This document shows, in pieces, positions 54,523-64,000 of a stretch of DNA of 64,000 nt (position 1 is the stretch's first letter; each line of letters opens with the position of its first letter). Position numbers and translations under genes: made by a program. The DNA is taken from positions 160,001 to 224,000 of the forward strand of contig CAVVEU010000013.1 in the NCBI GenBank assembly GCA_963747235.1. Reading direction: 5' to 3'. The DNA comes from an uncultured Candidatus Rokubacteria bacterium (GTDB lineage Bacteria; Methylomirabilota; Methylomirabilia; Rokubacteriales; CSP1-6). The notes under the pieces are model-generated. The model was not told the DNA's origin and made no database searches. It was given only the letters and a program-made list of their open reading frames with translations.

Positions 54523-55302
54523 TCAATTCCGGAACGACGAGTCCGTGCGGTCCAGCCGGCGCAGGAGGCCCGGCCACACCAGCTTGCCCTGGCCGCCGTT
54601 GCGGCGCTGGTTGGCCACCGCGTTGGCGTAGCCCTTGTCCATGACCTCCTTGGGCACCGAGATCAGCTCGCCGCCGCCCGACTGGGCGCGCACCTGGATC
54701 TGGCAGGAGGCCTCGAGGTAGTACATGTTCACGAAGGCATCCGCCACCGTCTCGCCCACCGTCAGCAGCCCGTGGTTGCGCAGGATCAGGCAGCGGTTGT
54801 CGCCCAGGTCCGCCACCAGGCGCGGCTTCTCGTCCGCGTCGAGCGCGGGGCCCTCGAAGTCGTGATAGCCCACGCTGTTGAGCACGAACAGCGAGTGCTG
54901 CGAGATCGGCAGCAGCCCGGCCCGCTGGGTCGCGACCGCGACGCCGTTCGCGGTGTGGGTGTGGAGCACGCACTTGGCGTCGTGGCGGGCGCCGTGGATC
55001 GCGCTGTGGATGATGAACCCGGCCGCGTTCACGTTGAACGGCGAGTCCCCGACCTTGTTGCCGTCCTGGTCGATCTTGACCAGGCTGGACGCGGTGATCT
55101 CGTCGAAGAAGAGGCCGTAGGGGTTGATCAGGAACTGGTCCTCGGTGCCCGGGACGCGCGCCGAGATGTGGGTGAAGACGAGGTCCTCCCAGCCGTAGCG
55201 CGACACCAGGCGGTAGGCGGCGGCCAGGTCCACCCGGACGGCCCACTCCTCCTCCGATACCTTTCCCTTGAGCGACGGAATCTCGAGCGCGGTGGCAGTC
55301 AT
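54523..55302 (-). CDS. Class II aldolase/adducin family protein
   Basis: DLAAAYRL, FTHISARVPG, IIHSAIH, VLHTHT, LILRNHG. Confidence 0.9.
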   Translation of the reverse strand: MTATALEIPSLKGKVSEEEWAVRVDLAAAYRLVSRYGWEDLVFTHISARVPGTEDQFLINPYGLFFDEITASSLVKIDQDGNKVGDSPFNVNAAGFIIHSAIHGARHDAKCVLHTHTANGVAVATQRAGLLPISQHSLFVLNSVGYHDFEGPALDADEKPRLVADLGDNRCLILRNHGLLTVGETVADAFVNMYYLEASCQIQVRAQSGGGELISVPKEVMDKGYANAVANQRRNGGQGKLVWPGLLRRLDRTDSSFRN

Positions 55303-55315
55303 GGGGTCCTTTCGC

Positions 55316-56466
55316 TCAGCGGAGGTTGTAGAGCTTGACCACGTTGTCGTAGGTGATCTTCTTCTGCACGCGCTCGGGCAGGTTGCCGAGGTTCTTCTCG
55401 AGGTGCCGGCGCGAGTCGGGCCAGACGCAGTCCGGGTGCGGGTAGTCGGCGCCCCAGATGATGTTGTCCTCGCCCACCAGCGGGATGATCGGCTCGAGGA
55501 ACTGGTCTTGCTGATAGGTCACGTAGCCCTGGCGCTTGAAGTAGTCGCTCGGCTTCATCGAGAAGCCGAGGCCGCGGGCGCGGTCCTCGTACTCGGTGTC
55601 GAAGCGATCGAAGACGTAGGGCAGCCAGGTCACGCCCGACTCGCCCAGCACGAACTTGAAGTCGGGATACTTCTCGCACGCGCCCGGAGGTGATGATCGA
55701 GACCAGCACCTCCATGGTGTCGAGCTGGAAGAGCGAGGAGCGCACCAGCCGCCACTGCAGCATGTACTGCTGCTCCAGGGCGGGGGAATCGGGCGCGCGC
55801 ACCGCCTTGAAGCCGGTCGAGTGGAACGCGATCGGGAAGTGGCACTCGGCGGCCGCCTCCCAGAGCGGATACCAGTCGTGCTGGTAGAGCGGGATGCTCA
55901 TGCGACTTGAAGCCGAGGTCGCCGCCCTTGAGGCCCATCTTGGCGCAGCGGCGCACCTCCGCCGCGGCCGCCTGGGGATCGTGGTTGGGCACGATCGCGA
56001 GCGGGTAGATCCGGTTCGGGTCCGACTTCTTCGCGAAGTCGGCGGCCCAGTCATTGTAGATCGCGTTGGCCCAGCCGCGGCGCTCGCCGCTCGCGATCAT
56101 GTCGTTGATCATCAGGCAGCCGTAGACCACCTCGGCGTCGAGCCCGTCGCGGTCCAGGTCGGCGAGCCGCAGCTCGGGCGTGGTGGGCCGGGGCTTGGCG
56201 CCGGCGCGGTGGTCCCACTCGAAGCCGCACGAGGCCATCTCGTCGATGCGGGCGAAGGTGCCGGGCGTCCGCTTGAGGAAGCCGGGGCCCACGCCGTTCC
56301 ACATCCCCTTGTCCTGCGCCTCCACGAACCAGTGGCAGCCGTCCTCCAGCTCCTCCACGCGCGGCACCAGCAGCTTCCACTTCGACGGCGCCTGGCTGGA
56401 CCAGAGATCGGGCGGGCAATAGGTGAGGTCGATGTGGTTGTCGCCGGAGATGAGCCGCTCTAGCAT
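55316..56466 (-). CDS. Amidohydrolase_2 family protein (frameshifted)
   Basis: ISGDNHIDL, LADLDRDGLDAEVVY, IYNDW, GESGVTW, WGADYPHPD. Confidence 0.85.
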
Positions 56467-56592
56467 GACGCCCTCCTTGGCCGGGTGGGGGAGCTGCCTC
56501 GTGGCGCGATCCTACTCCTGAACCCCGCGCCAGGACAAGGGATTGCCCGGAAGGGCCGGATGCCCCCCGGGGCGGCGGTGGCCGTACTCGCC

Positions 56593-57297
56593 CTAGCGAG
56601 GGGTGGCGGGGCGGCGGGTCAGCAGCTCGAAGTAGGTCTTGTCGCGCCGATTCCGCACGAGGTCGAGCGGGCTCCGGCCGTCCCGGCTCCTGATGGTCGG
56701 GTCTGCCCCGTGACGGAGGAGCATCTCGACGTGTCGGCGGTCGCTGTTCTTCTTGAGGACCAGGTGGAGGGCGGTCAGACCCTTCGAATTCTGGAAGTTC
56801 ACGTTGGCCCCGTGGCGCAGGAGCCGCTCGGCCCCCACGAAGCGGCTCCACTTGATCGCGCCCAGGAACGGGGTCTCGTCCTCGGCGACCGGGTCCAGCT
56901 GGGCCCCACTCCGGACCAGCAGGTCGATGGCTTCCACGTTCTCCGCGAAGGCGGCCGCCCAGAGAGCGTTCTCCGGCGTCGAGCCGTGCTTCAGGAGGAG
57001 CCGAGCGAGCGGGAGGTTCTGGCCCCGCGAGATCGAGTACCAGAGCGGGGTCGCCTGGAAGGCGCCCTCGACGAACGCGGGGGCATTGACGTCGAGGCCG
57101 GCCTCGAGAAGGCGACGCGCCAGCGTGAGCGCCCGGCCGGAGGTCTTCGGGTCGGCGGACAGGCTGCACAGCAAGTGCAGCGGGTTGCGGTGACGATCGT
57201 CGATGGTGCGGATCAGGTCGGGGTTCTTCTCGAGGAGGGTCGTCACCGCCGGGACGTCGAGCGCCTTGATGGACTGGAAGAGCCGCGTCTTGCTCAT
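56593..57297 (-). CDS. Ankyrin repeat protein
   Basis: NPLHL, TPLWY, TPFL, TALHL...LLRHGADP repeats; own ATG 2 nt after the ppc stop. Confidence 0.8.
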   Translation of the reverse strand: MSKTRLFQSIKALDVPAVTTLLEKNPDLIRTIDDRHRNPLHLLCSLSADPKTSGRALTLARRLLEAGLDVNAPAFVEGAFQATPLWYSISRGQNLPLARLLLKHGSTPENALWAAAFAENVEAIDLLVRSGAQLDPVAEDETPFLGAIKWSRFVGAERLLRHGANVNFQNSKGLTALHLVLKKNSDRRHVEMLLRHGADPTIRSRDGRSPLDLVRNRRDKTYFELLTRRPATPR

Positions 57298-57299
57298 GA

Positions 57300-60016
57300 T
57301 CAGCCGGTATTGCGGAGAGCCGGCGGCGATGCCGTTGATGGTGACCACGATGATCTCGCGGTACCGCGCGGCGTCGTCGCCGTCCTGGTCCGCCAGCGAG
57401 CGCAGCCGGCGAAGCATCTCCACCTGGAGGTAGTTCAGCGGGTCCACGTACGGGTTCCGCAGGTCCACGGAGCGCTGGATCACCGGGTCGCCGTCCATCA
57501 GCTCGGCGTGGCCGGTGGCGCGCAGGATGGACTCCCGCGTGCGCACGAACTCGTTGCCGATGCGGGTGAACACCGCGGTGGCCAGCGCCCGGCTCGGGAC
57601 CAGCTCGGAGTAGAGCGCGGCGATGCCCATGTCGGCCTTGAGCAGGGACATCTCCGCATTGTCCAGGATGGCCCGGAAGAAGGGCCAGCCCGCGTACATC
57701 TCCCGCAGCCGGCCCGCGTCCGCCCGCGCCAGCGCGGTGCCGAGGCCGTACCAGCCGGGGAGGTTGAAGCGGCTCTGCATCCAGGAGAAGACCCACGGGA
57801 TCGCGCGCACCGCGCTCCGCGTGAGGCCGCCCGCGCGGCGCACCGCGGGCCGCGAGCCCAGGCGCAGGCGCGAGAGCTCCTCGATCGGGGTGGCCGCGCG
57901 CCAGTACTCGAGGAAGCCGGGCGTGCGCTCGACGAGGTCGTGATAGGTCTCGCGCGCCGCGCCGGCCATGAGGTCCAGGGCCTCGCGCCAGCCGGGATCG
58001 AGCGGCGCCGCCGCGTCCGCGTCGTCCGCGGAGGCCAGGAGCACCGCGCTGACGATCTGCTCCACGTGGCGATGGGCGAGCGCGGGGTCGGCGTAGCGCG
58101 AGGCGATGGTCTCGCCCTGCTCGGTCACGCGGAAGCGGCCCTGGACGGTGCCGGGCGGCTGCGCGCGGATCGCGCGCCCCGCGGGCCCGCCGCCCCGCGC
58201 CACCGTCCCCCCGCGCCCGTGGAAGAGCGTGAGCCCGACGGCGTGCTCCCGGCACACGCGCGCGATGGATTCCTGGGCCCGATAGAGGGCCCAGTTGGCG
58301 GCCAGGTAGCCGCCGTCCTTGTTGGAGTCGGAGTAGCCGATCATCACCATCTGCTCGCCGTCGCAGGACGTCGAGGTGCGCGCGGTAGACCGGCAGCGCG
58401 AAGAGCGCCTCGAGGGTGCGCGGCGCCGCGTCGAGATCGCCCAGCGTCTCGAAGAGCGGCACGATCTGCATGCCGGCCGCGCCGCCCGCCCAGCGGGCCA
58501 GCAGCAGCACGGTGAGGAGATCCGCCGGCCCGCGGGTCATCGAGATGATGAAGGGCCCGAGCGACGCCCGGCCGTAGATGGCCTGGGCGCGGGCCAGGAG
58601 GCGGAACAGGCGCCACGTCTCGGCCGGCAGCTCGTCGAGCGCGAGCGCGGTGATCTCCGAGGCCTTGGGCGCTTGATCGGCGAGGAGCCGGAGGAGCACC
58701 GCGGCGCGGGCCGGCTCGTCGCGCTCGGCGAAGCCGGTCTCGAGGCCGAGGCGGGCCAGGATGTCGCCGAGCGTGGCGGCGAGGCGCGCGGAGTCTTCCC
58801 GGATGTCGAGGCGGGCCGCGTGCAGGCCGAAGGTCTCGAGCTGATGCTCGAGCGCGCGGATCCGGTCGCCGGCGAGCGCGGGCGGGACGCCCGGGCGACC
58901 AGGTCCACGACCTTGCGGACCTCGGCGGCGGAGATGCGTGCGGCGTGCGGGGCCTCGTCGAGCAGGCGCGCCCTCATGTCCTCGCGCGAGGCCGCCTCCA
59001 GGTCGGCGGCCAGCAGGGACAGGGCCAGGCGATAGGGCTCGCCCGCGTAGCGCTGCTCGAGATAGGCCACGTGCGCGGGCAGGGGACGGCGCGCGTCGAG
59101 CCAGGCGGTGAGCGCCTCGGGCGGCGGGCAGCGCCGGCCGCTCACGCTCAGGCGCCGGGCCAGGTCCTGCACGGAGCGCCGGTGCCGCTCCACCGCGAGG
59201 CCGCGATGCAGGCGCAGGGTCTCGGCGGTCAGCTCGGTCACCACCGACGGGTTGCCGTCGCGGTCGCCGCCGATCCACGAGGCCACCGTGAGCCACGCGG
59301 GGGGCGGGGCCAGACCGGGGTAGTGGCGCGACACCGCGGCCTCGAGATCGGCGTCGATGCGCGGCACGAGATCCCAGAAGACCTCGTCCACGAAGTAGAG
59401 GCCGGTGCGCACCTCGTCGGTGACCGCGGGCCGCGTCGTCCGCGCGCGGTCGGTCAGCCAGAGCGCGGTGATCTCCGCCTGGAGCCCGGCCAGCAGCTCC
59501 ATCCGCTCGCGCGGCAGCAGGTCTGCGTCCTGGAGGTGGCGCAGCAGATCGCTGATCCGCTGGAGCTTCGAGAGCACGGTGCGGCGCTTGGCCTCGGTCG
59601 GATGCGCGGTCAGCACGAGCTCGATGCGCAGCTCGCGCAGGAGGTCCGCCATCCGCTCGGCGGTGACGCCGCCGGGCCTGCAGGCGCGCGATCGCCTCGC
59701 CGATGGACTCGCCGATCGGCGCGGGGTGCTGTGCGCGCTCGCGGGCCCGCAGGGCCTGGATGCGGTGGACCTCCTCGGCGAGATTGATCAGGTCGAAGTA
59801 CACCGCGAAGGCGGAGGCGGTGGCGCGCGCGGCGTCCACCGGGAGATCGGCCACCGCCAGGGGCAGGCGGACGGCCGCGTCCATCTCGCCGGCGCGGCGC
59901 GCCTTGGCGAGCGCGCGGATGTGCTCCTCGGTCTCGAAGAGCGCGACGGATTCCTGGGCGCGCAGGACCTCGCCGAGCGCTTCGCCCAGCAGGTGAATGG
60001 TGGCCGAGAGGTCCAC
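57300..60016 (-). CDS. ppc: Phosphoenolpyruvate carboxylase, bacterial type (frameshifted)
   Basis: VLTAHPTE, SWIGGDRDGNP, VPLFET, MIGYSDSNKDGG, FHGRGGTVARGGG, RAIPWVF, C-terminal LRNTG. Confidence 0.95.
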
Positions 60017-60049
60017 AGCGGAGCCCTCCCCGTGGCTCGCGTCCGGCGA

Positions 60050-61291
60050 TCAGGGGCTCTTGTGGAGCGCGCCGTCCTTCATGATCATGCGGAGCGCGTC
60101 GCGGTCCTGCAGGATCGCGATGTCGGCGAGCGGATCGCCGTCCACCAGGAGGAGATCGGCGAGGGCGCCCGCCTTGACGACCCCCAGCTCGCCGGGCAGG
60201 CCCATGATCTCGCCGCCCAGCTTGGTGGCGGCCACGAGGGTCTCCATCGGCGAGTAGCCGAGGATCTTCACGAAGAGCCAGAGATCGCGCGCGTAGGTGC
60301 CGTGGGGCGTGTACACGAAGCCGTAGTCGCCGCCCGGCAGCACGCGGATGCCGCGCTTGCGCATGCGGGCGATGGTCTCCACGGTGGCGGCCAGCTCCCG
60401 CTCGAAGCCCCGCGCGCGCTCCGGGGTCACGCCCCATTGCCCATTGGCCTGGGTCAGGTTGTAGGTGATGCCGAGCGCGGGCGCCACGAAGACCCGATCG
60501 CGCGCGCCTTCCAGCGCGTCGAGCGCGGCCTCGTCGCAGTAGTTGGCGTGGTAGATCACCTCGATGCCGTGCTTGACCGCCAGGCGCACCGAGTCGCCGC
60601 TGCGGCAGTGGGCGCACACGCGGAGCCCGCGCCGCGCGGGCCACCTCCATGGCCGCGGCCACCTCGGCCTCGGTCATCGGCGTCAGCTCCGACGTCCACG
60701 CCGACGTGCCGAGATCGCCCGAGAGGTTGAGCTTGAGCAGGTCCACGCCCTCGCGGGCGAGCAGCCGGCAGACGCGGCGGATCGCGTCGGGGCCGTCGGC
60801 GACCCAGCAGAAGGTCGGCGTCTCGTGGTACGGCAGGTGGAGCAGGTTGCTGTCGCCGAGCCCGCCGGTCACCGTGATCTCGGGCCCGTTGGCGAGCAGG
60901 CGCGGGCCCGGGAAGCGGCCCGCCTCGATCTCCCGCTTGACCACCACGTCGAGGCGCGGCTTGGCCGCCGCGGCGGAGAGCGCGCTGGTGTAGCCCGCGT
61001 CGAGCATGGTGCGCGCGTTGCGAAGCGTGGCGAGCAGGTGCTCTTCCAGCGGCAGGCGCGTCATCTCGTACGAGGTGATGTCGGCGAAGCTCAGGTGGGC
61101 GTGCGGCTCGATCAGGCCGGGCATCAGCGTGGCGCCCCGGCCGTCGATGACGCGCTCGCCGGGGCGCGGCGTCAGGCCGGAGCCGTCGCGACATCCGCGA
61201 TCCGGTTGCCCTCCACGCGCACCGCGCCCGTGAACGGCGCGCGGCCGGTGCCGTCCAGGATGCGCACGTTGGTGATCAGGTGGCCGGTCAT
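60050..61291 (-). CDS. Metal-dependent amidohydrolase (Xaa-Pro dipeptidase-like); frameshifted
   Basis: MPGLIEPHAHL, AGYT, PGGDYG, GALADLLLVDGDPLADI. Confidence 0.85.
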
Positions 61292-61330
61292 CTGGGCGGG
61301 GATTCTAGCACCACGACGCCACGCGGGCGA

Positions 61331-61346
61331 TGGCATCCCTCTTGCT
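61331..61346 (+). promoter_or_regulatory. Sigma-54 promoter upstream of small zinc-finger-like ORF
   Basis: TGGCATCCCTCTTGCT (GG-N10-GC), followed by GGAGGAGG and ATG. Confidence 0.7.
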
Positions 61347-61376
61347 CCCCGTCTCTGGACCCAGGAGGAGGGACCG

Positions 61377-61550
61377 ATGCCGACCTACCTGATGAGCTGC
61401 ACCCATTGCGGCTACGAAGTGGCGTTTCGGACGGAGCCGGATGCGAAAACTGAAGGAGTTCGCCACCTTCTGCAGTTCCCGGCCCACGGGGTCAAGGTGA
61501 CGCCCAGTGAGGACGCCATGATCCGGGATGAGGAAAGAGTTACCGCGTAA
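61377..61550 (+). CDS. Small (57 aa) C2H2-type zinc-binding protein, not called separately in ORF track
   Basis: MPTYLMSCTHCGYEVAFRTEPDAKTEGVRHLLQFPAHGVKV...; C-x2-C-x18-H-x6-H; strong Shine-Dalgarno and promoter. Confidence 0.65.
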   Translation: MPTYLMSCTHCGYEVAFRTEPDAKTEGVRHLLQFPAHGVKVTPSEDAMIRDEERVTA

Positions 61551-61559
61551 TCCCGAAAA

Positions 61560-62051
61560 TTACAGGTACTGGCCGGGCTCCCGGGGGGGCCCGTCGGCAG
61601 GGCCCGGGGGCAGCCCGCGGCGCCGGCGCATCTCCTCGATCTCGGCCCGCGCCTGCATGTGCTGGCTCCAGAGCGCGGCCTGGATCCCCTGGAACAGGCC
61701 CTCGAGCCAGCCCACGAGCTGGGCCTGGGCCAGCCGGATCTCGGACTCGCTCGAGCTGCCGTCGAGCGGGATCGTGAGCGTATCCAGCTCGTCCTGCAGC
61801 TCCTTCGACACGCCCTCCTTCAATCCCGTGAGCGCCCGCTCGTACACCTCGCGGAGCCGCCGCCGGCCGGGCTCGTCCGGCTTGGACTGGCGCACGTCCT
61901 CCAGCATCTCGCGAATCATCGCCGCGATGCGGATCAGCTTGGCCGGCTGCTCGATCGCCGGCCCCTGCGGCACCTGGGCCGGGAGAACCTCTGGATGCTG
62001 GTCCGGATGCGCGTCGTCGATGGGCGGCTCGGCTCCCGGGTTGGTCGGCAT
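61560..62051 (-). CDS. bpa: Bacterial proteasome activator Bpa/PafE (DUF2587)
   Basis: EQPAKLIRIAAMIREMLEDVR, EIRLAQAQLVGWLEGLFQGIQAAL, C-terminal GQYL as in mycobacterial Bpa/PafE. Confidence 0.9.
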   Translation of the reverse strand: MPTNPGAEPPIDDAHPDQHPEVLPAQVPQGPAIEQPAKLIRIAAMIREMLEDVRQSKPDEPGRRRLREVYERALTGLKEGVSKELQDELDTLTIPLDGSSSESEIRLAQAQLVGWLEGLFQGIQAALWSQHMQARAEIEEMRRRRGLPPGPADGPPREPGQYL

Positions 62052-62111
62052 GGTGTCGATGCTACCACGCGCCCACGGAGTAAGCAGGTCCGCGGACCGG
62101 TCGATTCAACG

Positions 62112-62126
62112 CGGTAAGGCCTTCCG
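62112..62126. promoter_or_regulatory. Palindromic enhancer-like site CGGTAAGGCCTTCCG
   Basis: Matches CGGWARNNNYTWCCG; 64 bp from the -24 GG at 62190. Confidence 0.55.
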
Positions 62127-62188
62127 CTCCGATCGGGTGCGGTCGCGGAGTCGCGCGACAAGCGGTCGATCTCGTGCGCTTCGCGCGC

Positions 62189-62203
62189 GGGCACGACCCT
62201 TGC
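62189..62203 (+). promoter_or_regulatory. Sigma-54 promoter upstream of hypothetical secreted protein
   Basis: GGGCACGACCCTTGC (GG-N10-GC, GGCACG...TTGC). Confidence 0.7.
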
Positions 62204-62249
62204 GGTATCTCGGGCGCTAGACGCGGGCAAGACGCGGCACCGAGGAGGC

Positions 62250-62600
62250 GTGACGATGGCTCGACGGGGGATGGCGGGGCTGGGGATGGGTGCGGTGATG
62301 CTGGGAGCGGTGATCGGGCCGGCCGCGCCGGCACTCGCGGCGATGGCCGCGATCACCACGGTGGCGCCGGTCGAAGACGGCGCGACGGAAGACGGCGTGA
62401 AGGCGGCGGCCGCGAGCGCGCTGGGGCGCGCGGTGCGCGGCGCTCAGGCGATGGGGCTCGGCGAGGTCACGCTCAAGAGCATCCGGATGGTGCCGGGCAC
62501 CGGCGTGGTGGTGGAGATCCTCGCGACCGATTCCGAGCCGTCGCTGGACGAGTCGGCCGCGCCGGAGCCGCTCGCGCGGTCGGGCGCTCCGCGGATCTAG
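62250..62600 (+). CDS. Hypothetical small secreted protein
   Basis: GAGGAGG Shine-Dalgarno, RR plus hydrophobic leader ending APALA, GC3-rich codon usage. Confidence 0.6.
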   Translation: MTMARRGMAGLGMGAVMLGAVIGPAAPALAAMAAITTVAPVEDGATEDGVKAAAASALGRAVRGAQAMGLGEVTLKSIRMVPGTGVVVEILATDSEPSLDESAAPEPLARSGAPRI

Positions 62601-63004
62601 GCCTTCTTGGTGGGCTTCTCCGCGACCGGGTAGCCCTTCTTCTTCCACTCCGCGAAGCCGCCGGCCATCTCGACGACGGCCTCGAGGCCCATCTGCTGGG
62701 CCACGTCGGTGGCCAGGGCCGAGCGCCACGCGCCGTTGCAGTAGAAGACGAACTCCTTGTCGGCCGCGAACACGTCCTTGTGGTACGGGCTGTCGGGATC
62801 CACCCAGAACTCGAGCATGCCGCGCGGGCAGTGGAAGGCGCCGGGGATCATGCCCTCGCGCTCCAGCTCGCGGACGTCACGGAGATCCACGAATACGACG
62901 CGGTCGCTGCCGAGACGGCCCTTGGCCTCCTCGAGGCTGATGGTCTTGATGCGCGACTTGGCCTCGTCCACCATCTGCTGAAATCCCTTGCGCGGGCTCT
63001 TCAT
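62597..63004 (-). CDS. Rhodanese-like domain protein
   Basis: VDLRDVRE, IPGAFHCPRGMLEF, YCNGAWRS, GGFAEW. Confidence 0.9.
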   Translation of the reverse strand: MKSPRKGFQQMVDEAKSRIKTISLEEAKGRLGSDRVVFVDLRDVRELEREGMIPGAFHCPRGMLEFWVDPDSPYHKDVFAADKEFVFYCNGAWRSALATDVAQQMGLEAVVEMAGGFAEWKKKGYPVAEKPTKKA

Positions 63005-63017
63005 GGTCGCTCCTCGG

Positions 63018-63713
63018 TCAGACTTCCAGGTTCTCTCTTCGCACCGCCGCGTTGGCGGCCAGGTCGGCGGGCGTCCCATCGAAGACGATACGCCCGTGGC
63101 CCATCACGTACACGCGATGCGAGATCTTGAGCGCGATCGTCAGCTTCTGCTCCACCAGGAGGATCGAGACCCCGCGGCTCGCGATCTCGTCGAGGAAGCG
63201 GCCCACCTGGGTGACCAGCATCGGGGCGAGCCCCTCGGTGGGCTCGTCGATGATGACCAGCTCGGGGTCGCCCATGAGGGTGCGGCCCATCGTCAGCATC
63301 TGCTGCTCGCCGCCCGACAGCACGCCGGCCAGGTTGTCCTGCCGCTCGCGCAGGAGCGGGAAGAGCGCGAACATGTCGTCGAACGACCAGCGGCCGAAGC
63401 GCCCCGCGCGCTTCTGGCCCAGCTCGAGGTTCTGGCGCACGGTCAGGGTGGGGAAGACCTGCCGGTCCTCGGGCACGTACCCGATGCCCGCGTGGGCGAT
63501 CTGGTCGGGGCGCAGCCCGACCAGGCTCTTGCCCTTCCAGAGGACCTCGCCGACCGGCTCGACCAGCCCCATGATCGCCTTGCAGGTGGTGGAGCGGCCG
63601 ACCCCGTTGCGGCCGAGCAGGCTCACGATCTCGCCCGCGCGCACCTCGAGGTTCACGCCCTGGAGGATGTGGCTCTTGCCGTAGTAGGCGTGGAGATCGC
63701 GGACCTCAAGCAT
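63018..63713 (-). CDS. Branched-chain amino acid ABC ATP-binding protein (LivF-like)
   Basis: GRNGVGRST, GYVPEDR, LSGGEQQML, IDEPTEGLAP. Confidence 0.9.
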   Translation of the reverse strand: MLEVRDLHAYYGKSHILQGVNLEVRAGEIVSLLGRNGVGRSTTCKAIMGLVEPVGEVLWKGKSLVGLRPDQIAHAGIGYVPEDRQVFPTLTVRQNLELGQKRAGRFGRWSFDDMFALFPLLRERQDNLAGVLSGGEQQMLTMGRTLMGDPELVIIDEPTEGLAPMLVTQVGRFLDEIASRGVSILLVEQKLTIALKISHRVYVMGHGRIVFDGTPADLAANAAVRRENLEV

Positions 63714-64000
63714 CAGGCGCTCTCCGCCGGGACCCCGAGATAGGCTTCCTGCACCGCGCGGCTGGCCCGGATCTCCGCCGGGCGGTCCGGAGGCGATGAC
63801 CTGCCCGTACACCAGCACGGTCACCACGTCGGCCACGTCGAAGACGACGCTCATGTCGTGCTCGACCATCACCAGCGTCTTGCCCGCGGTCACGCGCCGG
63901 ATCAGCGCGACCGCGTGGTCGGCCTCGCTGCGGCTCATCCCCGCGGTGGGCTCGTCGAGCAGGATGGTGTCGGCCCCGCCCGCGATCGTGATCCCGATCT
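63713..64000 (-). CDS. LivG-like ABC ATP-binding protein, C-terminal part (partial)
   Basis: ILLDEPTAGMS, VEHDMSVVF, VQEAYLG. Confidence 0.85.

Noticed and set aside
56593-58350. Apparent PEP carboxylase-ankyrin fusion
   Set aside because: The conserved LRNTG-stop terminus of ppc is present one frame over (ending 57300); an indel explains the fusion.

Overview
Very GC-rich, gene-dense bacterial chromosomal window with about 60 genes. I found no rRNA, tRNA, CRISPR array, integrase or transposase. Gene-family content (paralogous Uma2 nucleases, a twin-arginine-leader ABC substrate-binding protein, many LLM oxidoreductases and amidohydrolases) suggests Rokubacteria/Methylomirabilota; this is inference only. 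Many genes are broken by single-base frameshifts, most likely uncorrected long-read errors, so many long ORFs in the supplied track are chimeras or shadow frames. Content: a nucleoside ABC transporter divergent from a DUF1116-FdrA-DUF2877 (AllFGH-like) cluster, a luciferase/CMD cassette, a DsbD/ScsB-redoxin-MsrB redox cluster, acyl-CoA dehydrogenases, two signalling clusters, a sugar ABC transporter with a GH51 enzyme, a CoxL-like molybdoenzyme, ppc and liv ATPases. Highlights: (1) a putative sigma-54 regulon, with four GG-N10-GC promoters in front of poorly characterised genes and a shared palindromic enhancer-like motif CGGWARNNNYTWCCG, lying exactly 64 bp from the -24 GG in two cases; (2) a UGA-recoded selenoprotein redoxin (WASW-U-GC) with a SECIS-like hairpin; (3) a hopanoid C-2 methylase HpnP; (4) a proteasome activator Bpa/PafE ending in GQYL; (5) repeated leaderless sigma-70-type promoters.
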